This document shows positions 53,135 to 64,000 of a DNA stretch of 64,000 nt, one piece after another. The translations under genes were made by a program, and so were the position numbers. The notes beneath the pieces are model-generated. The model searched no databases. It had not been told where the DNA came from and saw only the letters and a list, made by a program, of their open reading frames with translations. Source of the DNA: Anaeramoeba ignava BMAN (Eukaryota > Protista > Anaeramoebae); assembly GCA_028826165.1 (NCBI GenBank), contig JAPDFW010000084.1, positions 1 through 64,000 on the forward strand. The letters run 5' to 3'. How positions within the stretch are numbered: position 1 is the first letter of the stretch; each line of letters begins with the position of its first letter.

Positions 53135-56100
53135 TAACTATTTTCGGATGGGTGTTTGAATTTTTTTGGGTTTTTTTTTCTTTTAAAAAAAAAAAATTTG
53201 TTCCTAATACAATATTTTTCACCCCACCAACATCCCTCAAAAAAATTTTGAAAAAAAAATTAATTAAAGCCAAAAATTTCAAAAATTCGGAAAAAATGAA
53301 ATTTTTGTTCCTAATAGACACCTCAAAATCAATTTTTTTTGAGTCAAAAATTTTCAAAAAACTGAGTGAAAAAATTTGAAATTTGATCCAAAAATCAAAA
53401 ATAAAAAGAATAAAAAGAAAAATAAAAAAAAATTTGGAAAGTGTTGTTTTATTTTCTTATTTGTGGAACAAAAGAAATCCAAGATATTTTTGTTTAAAAG
53501 ATGAGAAAAAGAAGAAAAAGCAAAAATAGTGAAATATCAATTTTTAAAAACAAAAAGAATATCCATTTTTGTTATTTGATTCTCTTTATAATCTTTTCTA
53601 TTTTTTGTTTAGATTAATTTCAACTTTTTCTAAAATATGATTATTTATGATATTTTTTAATTCTCTCTGAAATTTATCAAGAATATATTGAAATTTCTTT
53701 GATTTTCCACAAGAATTATCTTTTAAAACTCATTTAAATTAATTTGTTTTGTTTGTTTTTTTAATTCAATGGAAAATTTGAAATCAATATTGTTTTCTTT
53801 TGATTCCTGTATTAAAATCTAAAATCTATAATCTAAAATCTATAATCTAAAATCTATAATCTAAAATCTATAATCTAAAATTTAAAATCTAAAATCTAAA
53901 ATCTAAAATCTAAAATCTAAAATTGTTATTGTTATTGTTGAAAAAAGAGGATCATTTTCTGTTTTGTGTTTTAATTGAATTAATTTCTTGAATTTGTTTA
54001 TCATTTCATGTTATTGATTGAATCAAAAATAACATCATTTTCTTCAATAAAAATAAATATTTTGAATTAAAAATAATTAAGAAAACTTCTTTTAATTAAT
54101 TGTTAAGAATTTAACTTTCAATAAAATTCATTTTAAATTACCAATTTCTATCAATCCAATTTTTATTAACTCAAAATATTAAAAGTGAACTTTGACATTT
54201 ATAAACTATTTGATAAGATAAAAATATCATTTTTAAATTCCTTTTCCAATAACATTTTATCAAAATATGGAAATCAAAAATTTATAATCAATTCCAAAAT
54301 TATTATTTTTTTCCTCAAAAAAAAAAACAAATCTAAAAAAAAGAAAATCATTAAATTCATAAAAGGAATTATTTTAAAAATGAAATCAAATTTAACATTA
54401 TCTTGTTATTTCTATTTGTGTTCTTGTAAAAAAAATTGTTAATTTATCAATAAATTTTGGATGAAAAAAATTTCTTTCATTTCTCATTTTTTTCTTTTTT
54501 TGAGAATATTTCTAACTTATTTCTAATTTCGTTATGTTTTATCATTTTAAGACAGAAATCATTGATACTTTAAATTGATATTTAAATTGATATTTTAATT
54601 AATATTTTAATTGATATTTTAATTAATATTTAAATTAATATTTAAATTGATATTTTAATTGATATTTTAATTGATATTTTAATTGATATTTAAATTGATA
54701 TTTTAATTGATATTTAAATTGATATTTTAATTAATATTTAAATTGATATTTTAATTAATATTTAAATTGATATTTTAATTAATATTTTAATTGATATTTA
54801 AATTGATATTTAAAATTGATATTTAAATTAATATTTAAATTGATATTTAAATTGATATTTTAATTAATATTTTAATTGATATTTAAATTGATATTTTAAT
54901 TGATATTTTAATTGATATTTAAATTGATATTTAAATTAAAATATTTAAATTGATATTTAAATTGATATTTAAATTGATATTTAAATTGATATTTAAATTG
55001 ATATTTTTAATTAATATTTAAATTAATATTTAAATTGATATTTAAATTAATATTTAAATTAATATTTTAATTAATATTTTTAATTGATATTTTAAATTGA
55101 TATTTTTAATTAATATTTTAATTGATATTTAAATTGAAATATTTTTAATTGATATTTTAATTAATATTTTTAATTAATATTTTAATTAATATTTTTAATT
55201 AATATTTTAAATTAATATTTTTAATTAATATTTTTAATTGATATTTTAAATTAATATTTAAAATTGATATTTAAATTAATATTTAAATTGATATTTTTAA
55301 TTAATATTTTTAATTAATATTTTTAATTGATATTTTTAATTAATATTTTTAATTGATATTTTTTTAATATTTAAAATTAATATTTAAATTGATATTTAAA
55401 ATTAATATTTAAAATTGATATTTAAAATTGATATTTAAATTGATATTTAAATTGATATTTTTAATTGATATTTAAAATTAATATTTAAATTGATATTTTA
55501 ATTGATATTTAAATTAATATTTAAATTAATATTTTAATTAATATTTTAATTAATATTTTAATTAATATTTTTAATTAATATTTTAATTGATATTTTAATT
55601 AATATTTTTAATTAATATTTTTAATTGATATTTTTAATTGATATTTAAATTGATATTTTAATTGATATTTAAATTAATATTTAAATTGATATTTTAATTG
55701 ATATTTAAATTAATATTTAAATTGATATTTTAATTAATATTTAAATTGATATTTAAATTGATATTTAAATTGATATTTAAATTAATATTTAAATTGATAT
55801 TTAAATTGATATTTAAATTGATATTTAAATTGATATTTAAATTGATATTTATTGTTTTGAGAAATTTGAGTTTTTAGGGAGAAAGAAAAGATATTTCAAA
55901 ATATTTTGAGAAGGTTTTTGGTAAATAGTTTTGTGAGAAATGGATAAATGAGTCGATATCATTTGGTTTGAATGTTGGTTTGTAATGTTTTTTTTTGTTT
56001 TGTTTTTGAAATAGAAATGAAAAATGAAAAATGAAAATTATTTTGGAAAGAAAAAAAATATTCTTTTAGATTTCCTTTAATAGAAATGAATTGGAAATGG

Positions 56101-56573
56101 TTCTTTTCCATTTGGTTTTTATCATTTTTGTTTTGAAAGGAGAAAGGAAATTGAATTGAGAAAAGAGAATTAAGTCTTCCAAAAGGAAAATTTTAATTTC
56201 TTTTCCAAAACAAAATAAGAATAAAATAAGAAATTTACTTAAAATGTTTCTAAAATATTTCAATCCAAAAAGAAAACAAAGGAATCTTATCAAATTCTAA
56301 TTAAAGAATAAACCAAAAAAAAACCTCTTTAGTAAATTTTCTTTTATTTTTGTTAATTTTTGTAAAATTTTAGAATCGATGATGTCACCAGATCTAAATT
56401 TTTCAAATCAATAAGATTTTTTTTTACAAAATTTCGATCAAAATTTCGAGTTTATTATATTTTTCTTGTTTATTTTTTTTGCAAAATTTCTATCAAAAAA
56501 TTTTCTTATTATATTTTCTTGTTTATTTTTTTGTAAAAATTTTTGGAAGCAAACACTCATCCAAAAATAGTTA
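53135..56573. mobile_element. Non-autonomous TIR DNA transposon (~3.44 kb)
   Basis: Left TAACTATTTTCGGATGGGTGTTTG (53135-53158) and right CAAACACTCATCCAAAAATAGTTA (56550-56573) are inverted repeats matching at 22/24. Each is flanked by TA, and removal restores the (AAAATT)n tract. No intact transposase is visible. Confidence 0.8.
54570..55850. repeat. 11-13 bp minisatellite (AAATTGATATTT / AATTAATATTT) inside the TIR element
   Basis: Directly visible. Confidence 0.95.
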
Positions 56574-57093
56574 TAAAATTAAAATCAAAATCAAAATCAA
56601 AATTAAAATTAAAATTAAAATTAAAATTAAAATTAAAATCAAAATCAAAATTAAAATCAAAATTAAAAACAAAATCAAAATCAAAATCAAAATTAAAAAC
56701 AAAATCAAAATCCAAAATTAAAATTAAAATCAAAATTAAAATCAAAATTAAAATCAAAATTAAAATTAAAATTAAAATCAAAATCCAAAATCAAAATTAA
56801 AATTAAAATTAAAATTAAAATTAAAATTAAAATCAAAATTCAAAATCAAAATCAAAATCAAAATCAAAATCAAAATCAAAATTAAAATTAAAATCAAAAT
56901 TAAAATTAAAATTAAAATTAAAATAAAAATTAAAATTAAAATTAAAATTAAAATTAAAATCAAAATTAAAATCAAAAACAAAATCAAAATTAAAATCAAA
57001 ATTAAAATCAATTTTTATAAAAAAAGTTTTTTTCTCCTTTCATTTTTCATTTTTCATTTTTCATTTTTCATTTTTCATTTTTAATCTTTCATA

Positions 57094-60000
57094 ATGGAAA
57101 CAATTTCTTTTCTTTATGCATGTGGAATGAATCAAAATGGACAACTTACATTAGAAGACAAAAGCAATATTAAGTATCCTGAAAAAGTGACAAAATTTGA
57201 AGGAAAAAAAGTAATAAGAATTGCAGCAGGTTATCAAAATGCACTATTTTTGTTATCTGACAATGAAATAGAACAATTTGGACTAATAACAACAACTCAC
57301 ACTCAATTTTTTTCAGATAAATCACCAATTAAAGATATTAAATCTGGTCAAGACCATTTCATTGCTTTAACTGAAAATGGAGAAGTTTATCATTGGAAAG
57401 CTGTTAATTCTCAATCTTATTTCTCTGATTCTTTAATTACTACAAATCCTACTTTGATAGTTTTTGATAAACCTGCTCAAGAGATAATTGGTGGTGGTCA
57501 TTCTACTTATTTTTTGACTGAGTATCAATTTCCAAAATAAATATTAATTAAATATTCAAAATAAATATTAATTAAATATTCAAAATATTCAAAATATTCA
57601 AAATATTCAAAATATTCAAAATATTCAAAATATTCAATATATTCAATATAAATATTCAAAATATTCAATATAAATATATTCAATATAAATATTCAATATA
57701 AATATATTCAATATATTCAATAAAAATATTCAAAATATAAATATTCAAAATATTCAAAATATTCAATAAAAATATTCAAAATATTCAATATAAATATTCA
57801 AAATATAAATATTCAATATAAATATTCAAAATATATTCAATATAAATATATAAATATTCAATATATAAAAAAAAATATTCAAAATATAAATATTCAATAT
57901 ATTCAAAATATTCAAAAATATTCAATAAAAATATTCAAAATATTCAAAATAAATATTCAAAATATAAATATTCAATAAAAATATTCAATATATTCAAATA
58001 TAAATATTCAAAATATTCAATATAAATATTCAAAAATATTCAAAATAAATAAAATAAATATTCAAAATAAAGATTCAATAAAAATATTCAATATAAATAT
58101 TCAATAAAAATATTCAATATAAATATTCAAAAATATTCAAAATAAAGATTCAATAAAAATATTCAAATATAAATATTCAAAATATTCAATATAAATATTC
58201 AAAATATTCAAAATATTCAAAATATTCAAAATAAATAAAATAAATATTCAATATAAATATTTAAAATATTCAAAATAAATAAAATAAATATTCAAAAATA
58301 AAGATTCAATAAAATATTCATATAAATATTCAATAAAAATATTCAATAAAAATATTCAATAAAAATATTCAAATAAAGATTCAATAAAAATATTCAAAAT
58401 AAAATATTCAATATATATATTCAAAATATTCAAAATATTCAAAATATTCAATAAAAATATTCAAAATATTCAATAAAAATAAAATAAATATTCAATAAAA
58501 TATTCAATATAAATATTCAAAATATTTAATATAAATATTCAAAATATTTAATATAAATATTCAAAATATAAATATTCAAAATATAAATATTCAAAATATA
58601 AATAAAATAAATAAAATAAATATTCAAAATATTCAAAATATTCAAATATTCAATATAAATATTCAAAATATTCAATATAAATATTCAATATAAATATTCA
58701 ATATAAATATTCAAAATATTCAATAAAATATTCAATATAAAATATTCAATAAAAATATTCAATATAAATATTCAAAAATATAAATATTCAAAATATAAAT
58801 AAATATAAATAAATATAAAATTCAAAAATTCAATAAAAATAATATTCAATAAAAATATTCAAAATATTCAAAATATTCAATAAATAAAATATTAAATATA
58901 AATAAATATTCAAATATTCAAAATATATATTCAAAATATTCAAAATATTCAATATATTTAAAATATTCAATAAAAATAAAATAAATATTCAAAATATATA
59001 AATAAATATTCAAAATATTCAAAATATTTAATAAAAATATTCAAAATAAAAATATTCAAAATAAATATTAAAAGAAACGGTGACTTATACGGAGTTGGAT
59101 CAAATTCACAAAATCAAATCTCAAAAAGTTCAGAATCAGTTATAACAAAACCAGAACTTATTGATAATAATGTCGAAAGAGCTTTTTCAGGACCTTATTC
59201 ACACCAAATATTTTTTATAAAAGAAGGAAAATTATATTGTCGAGGATACAACCAATATGGACAATTAGGAACAGGAAACTCAGAAAATAAATCAACAAAT
59301 TATCACCTCAAATTCTTTGACAATCAAGAAATTATTGATGTTTCATGTGGTTATTGTCATACATTAGTCTTGATTCGAGAAGGAGAAGGCCAAAAACTTT
59401 ATACAACAGGATATTTTGATTATAATGGATTAAATAAGCCTAGCAATTCAACAGAATTTTCTCTTCTTTTTAACTACGCTAACCAAGAAATTATTCAAAT
59501 GAGTTCTGGCTCTCAATTTTCTATTATTCTCGTTGAAAATAATAATTTCATTGTTTTTGGATATAATGATTGGGGTCAATTAGGAACAAAAGATACAGCA
59601 AATTATCCTCAACCAAAAAAATTAAGTTTTTCCGAATTTCCAAAAGAAATTGAAATTGAAGTTATTTGTGGATCATATTGCACTTTTTTCCTTCAAGCAA
59701 CTGAAGTAAATTTAAATTGAAAAACCAAAATAAAAAATAAAAAATAAAAAATAAAAAAAGAAAGAAGAAGAAGAAGATGATTTAAACATAATAATTTGAA
59801 TTTAATTAGAAATTCCAATCAATTAGACAAGATATGTTCGAATTTCTCCAGAAAAATGAACTTTGCGATACAACAATTAAATCAATAGATGGACACAATA
59901 TTTCGTTTCATTCACTTATTGTCACTTTAAGAACGAAGAAATTACTTTATGAAATCATCACAATTTTAGAAACAAAAACAAAAGACGAAATCATGTCAAT

Positions 60001-60502
60001 TCTAGTATTTTTATATTCATTAAGAATTATAAATTATAGCGCAATACAAGTTTTCTGCCAAGAAATTGAATATCCTGATTTAATCGGAAAAAATTCATCG
60101 AATCAATATAATGAAGATTTCGCAGATTTATATGAAGAAATGTCAACAAAGGATTTCACAATTATTAGCGGAGAAAAAGAGATTCGCGCTCACAAAATGA
60201 TTTTGGCAGCAAGAAGTGAATTATTTCATGGAATGTTTATGAGTGTAAATGATGATTCGGGAAAAGTTCATGATTATAGAGGAAGCACTCCTGTTTTGCT
60301 TGAAAAATTAATCAAGTTTTTTTACACTGATAAACTTGAAGAACCTATTACTCAAGACATGATCCAAGAACTAACAGAAATGGGTGATTTTTACCAATTG
60401 AATACAAACTCAAAATTTTTCAATGAAGTTTCAAGATTTTCACAAAAAAAAATTATCACTAAAGAAACAAAATCCAAAAAGAAAAGATTCTGGTTCTTTT
60501 AA
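57094..60502 (+). CDS. Divergent RCC1-repeat + tandem BTB protein, 3 exons (57094-57521, 59075-59705, 59810-60502)
   Basis: Splices are in frame (…YFLTE|NGDLYGVGSN…; …QATE|KFQSIRQDMF…). Motifs GMNQNGQL, GYNQYGQLGTG, VSCGYCHTL, GYNDWGQLG and BTB AHKMILAARSELFHGMF. Confidence 0.88.
57540..59070. repeat. Intronic (AAAATATTC)n-type minisatellite, 1.5 kb
   Basis: Fills nearly all of intron 57522-59074. Confidence 0.95.
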
Positions 60503-60663
60503 AGAAATTTAAAACGGAAAAACGAAATAAATTTTTTTTCTTTTTCATCCAAAATGAACAGTCAATTTTATTCCCATTTTCAATTAAAAAAGAATGAGCA
60601 AAAAAATCTGTTTCTTTTTGTTTTTTTGTTTTTTTCTTTTTTATTTAAATTAATTGATTGATT

Positions 60664-62428
60664 TTAAAAATAAACCTCAAGTTGATCAACTTTCCATTCT
60701 CCATATTGTTGAGTAAAAAACATTTTCGCTTCTTTTGAACCAAATTGGATATTATTTGGAAGTTGATAACTGCATCCTGGATTTGAATATCCTGTTTTCA
60801 AATCTTCTGAAATTGATAAATCCCATCCATCTCCAAAAATAGGTCCTCTTTGTGAATAATAAACAATTGCTGTTTTCTTTTGTTTTTCTTTCAATTCAAT
60901 TTTTATTTGTTGATCTTTTTGAGATGATTTCAAAATGAATAAGAAAGCTTGATTATCCTCAATATAATTCACTTGATTAAAATAATTGTTAATATCAAAT
61001 TCATTTGTTTCTTTTTTCTTTTCAGGTTTTTTCCATCCAACTGAACTGTATCCTCCAAAAATATTCCCTCCAGATTGAATTAAAACAAGAATTGGGTTTT
61101 GATTATCACAAACTTGATGAAAATCTTGACATGTTAATTGATCTTCTTTTGTCGAAATAAATTGAAGTTTCATTTTTTGGAAAGTATTTTTCCAAATCCA
61201 TCCTTGAACAATTGCTGAGTATTTATCAACAATCCCTTCAGTTTTGGCAAGGTTTTTTGGTTTGATTTCTTTTGCGTTTTTTTCACTTTCAATTCCAGAT
61301 GAATTAATTAAATTAGGATCAATATAAACTCTTTTACTTTTAAACCAATGAACAAATTCTTTTTCTTTTTCTTTGTTTTTTTCTTTTTCTTTTTGATTCT
61401 CGTTATTTTCATTCTCATTTGCTTTTGCTTTGTATTTCTCAATAATTTCTTTTGTTTTTTCATCAAGATTTTCAGATGAATATTCAATAAAATCTGAAAT
61501 ATCATCAATTTCGTCATCTGTTAATAATTCGAAATTTTGAACTTCAAGAAAATCATCACTATCCATTGTTCCAAATCTAATAAAATGGGCTAAATCTTGT
61601 TTCAATATTTCCTTGATTCTTTCATTAAAACTGTTTCCATTTTGATTTGGTTTTGGATCTTGAAAATTTTCCTTTGCGTAACTGACAATCATCCAAAAAA
61701 GAGATAACTCTCTTGAAATATTCAAAGTATCTCGAGCAAGAATCATTTTAAGATTTGAATCTGAAATGTGCAAATAATCTTCGTTTCTAATGATATCTCC
61801 AATTTGTTTATCAATAACCGAAAGAACTTTTTCAAGAAGATTTTCTTGATTCAATTTCACAATAGAATCTAATTTCCTCAAAGCCTGATTTTTAATTTCA
61901 CTTGATTTATCATTGGAATCTCTTTTAGTTTTTTCAATTTCAGAAAGAATATACTGTTCACACCAAAACTTAACTTCATAAAGATTCCAATCTTTAGCAA
62001 GAGAAAACAAATCGCAAGTCAAATCAAATGGTGTTTTTTCTTTTTGATTTGAATCAATAACTGGAATATCGCAATTTGATGTGTAAATGTATTTCAAAGC
62101 TTCTTTGGCAACTTTATAATCATATTCTAATTGTAAATGATTGCTTTGAAAAGCTGCAAATGTTGGTGAACGTGATGATAATATTGATGAATATCCATAT
62201 AATTTTTGATGGTTTTTTGCTTCAATTACCACATCTTGTCCAAGTTCTGGTATTTCTATTGAAAGCACAAGATCTGAAACAAATGCTTCTGTTGCTGTAA
62301 ATTTTTTTATTATTAACCGACTTTCTGATAAATTTCTATTTGTGTTTTTTGTTTCATTTTTAAATAATAAATAATTAAAATTAAAATTAAAAAATTTTGT
62401 ATTATTTTATTAACCTTTTTTCATTCAT
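60664..62428 (-). CDS. BTB-BACK-TLDc protein, paralogue 9 (micro-exon MNEKR 62415-62428; exon 2 from 62335)
   Basis: Intact 534 aa ORF with family motifs, extended by an in-frame splice. Confidence 0.88.
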
Positions 62429-62618
62429 TCTCTTCTTTTCTTTTTTCTTTTTTAAAAAGAAAAAAATGAAAATTTTAAAAAATGGAAAATAAAAATTAAA
62501 AAATTAAAAAGTGGACTTTTTTAAAAAAAAAAATCTGTTTTCTTTTCTTTTCTTTTTTTTATTTAAATTGCTTAATCGGAATCAAAAAAAAATTGTTTGC
62601 TTGATTAATTGATTAATT

Positions 62619-64000
62619 TTAAAAATAAACTTCAAGTTGATCAACTTCCCATTCTCCATATTGTTGAGTAAAAAATGTTCTTGCTTCTTTTGAACCAAAT
62701 TCAATACCATTTGGAAGTTGATAACTGCATCCTGGATTTGAATATCCTGTTTTCAAATCTGCTGAAATTGATAAATCCCATCCATCTCCAAAAATAGGTC
62801 CTCTTTTTGAATAATAAATAATACCTATTTTCTTTGGTTTTTCTTTCAATTCAATTTTCATTTGTCGATCTTTTTTAGATGATTTCAAGATGAATAAAAA
62901 GCTTTGATTATCTTCAATTTTTTGAATTTTTTGATGATCTTTTTCAATTGATTTCATTTTTTTTTTAATATACGCTGAAATTTCATTTTCTTCTTCTTTT
63001 TGATTTTGATTTTGATTTTCATTATTTTCATTATTTTGATTTTGATTTTGATTTTGATTTTCATTATTTTCATTTTGATTTTGATTTTGATTTTGATTTT
63101 GATTTTCATTTTCATTTTCTTTTTCTTTTTCTTTTTCTTTTTCATTTTCTTTTTTCTTTTCGAATTTTTTCCATCCAACTGAACTGTATCCTCCAAAAAT
63201 ATTCCTCCAGATTGAATTAAAACAAGAATTGGATTTTTATTATCACAAACTTGATGAAAATCTTGACATGTTAATTGATCTTCTTTTGTCGAAACAAATT
63301 GAAGTTTCATTTTGTTAAAAATTTCTTTTCCAATCCATCCTTGAACAATCGTTGAATATTTGTCAACAATCCCTTCACTTTTGGCAAGGTTTTTTGGTTT
63401 GATTTCTTTTGCGTTTTTTTCACTTTCAATTCCAGATAGATTAATTAAATCAGGATCAATATAAACTCTTTTACTTTTAAACCAACTAATGCTTGTTCTA
63501 TATTTTTTAATGATCTTCTTATTTTCTTTTGTATCTCCATCAAGATTATTCTCAATAAAATCTGAAATATCATTGATTTCCTCTTTTGTTAATAAATTTG
63601 TTTTTGCAACTTCATTAATTTCCTCAAGATCCATTACTCCAAATCTAATTACTTCGATAAAAGTATTTTTGATATAGTTTTGGGTTTCTGGGTATAATAT
63701 TTCTTCATCATTATTATTGTTATTATCATTATTGTTATTATTATTATTATCATTATTATCATTATTATCATTATTATTATTATTATATTATTATTATTAT
63801 TATTATTATTGTTATTATTGTTATTATTGTTATTATTATTATCATTATTATTGTTATCATCATTATTATTATCGTTTGTTTTTTGTTTTTTGTTTTTTGC
63901 ATAATTAACAACCATCTGAAAAAGAGAAAATTCGCTTGGAATATTCAAAGTATCTCGTTGGAGAATTTCTCTCATATTGGAATCTGAAATGTGCAAATAA
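62619..64000 (-). CDS. BTB-BACK-TLDc protein, paralogue 10 (5' part outside the window; frameshifts at ~63780, ~63203 and ~62960-63000)
   Basis: LQRDTLNI, FHQVCDNKNPILV and GPIFGDGWDL...LEVYF spread over three ORFs. Confidence 0.8.

Noticed and set aside
53135-56573. Autonomous transposase or intein/homing endonuclease within the TIR element
   Set aside because: No long ORF and no recognisable DDE, HTH, LAGLIDADG or intein splice motifs.
820-63800. Programmed frameshifting or pseudogenisation of MTMR14, NOC3, RhoGAP, FKBP15-like and paralogue 10
   Set aside because: The indels lie in homopolymers or microsatellites and affect an essential gene (NOC3), so long-read consensus error is the simpler explanation. 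Read-level checking is needed.
71-63908. Many ORFs of poly-IL, KI, FD, NF or KL (e.g. 71..517, 1211..1732, 1242..1745, 48986..49279, 51299..51890, 56479..57011)
   Set aside because: They are stop-free alternative frames of hexamer microsatellites or antisense shadows of real genes.
28065-64000. Alternative genetic code (TAA = Gln), suggested by CAA/TAA interchange in the repeats
   Set aside because: TAA sits exactly at conserved domain C-termini (…EVYF*, Ro60 …NGLI*) and long ORFs lack in-frame TAA, so it acts as a stop.
1-64000. tRNA, rRNA or telomeric repeats
   Set aside because: No cloverleaf or rRNA-like GC-rich segment and no G-rich telomere repeat was seen by eye. tRNAscan-SE and Infernal were not run.

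Overview
Very AT-rich eukaryotic genomic DNA with GT-AG introns, the standard genetic code and pervasive (AAAATY)n microsatellites that encode NQ/NE repeats. The style resembles an anaerobic amoeboid metamonad such as Anaeramoeba; this is inferred, not shown. The left ~28 kb holds single-copy housekeeping genes separated by locus-private AT satellites: MTMR14-like phosphatase, NOC3, PDI, Sin3-like, WW-MyTH4-RhoGAP, Ro60/TROVE, VHS-GAT TOM1-like and FKBP15-like. The right ~36 kb is an island of putative Cullin-3 substrate adaptors: 10 BTB-BACK-TLDc paralogues and 4 RCC1-repeat/BTB genes. In three near-identical tandem RCC1-BTB copies, variation is concentrated in two loop positions of each propeller blade while the BTB region is nearly constant, a variable/constant layout suggesting a diversifying recognition repertoire. 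The island also holds a Cdc123-like ATP-grasp gene with a WH2-like N-terminus and a 3.4 kb non-autonomous TIR element inserted in a microsatellite. Several frameshifts fall in homopolymers and may be sequencing errors.
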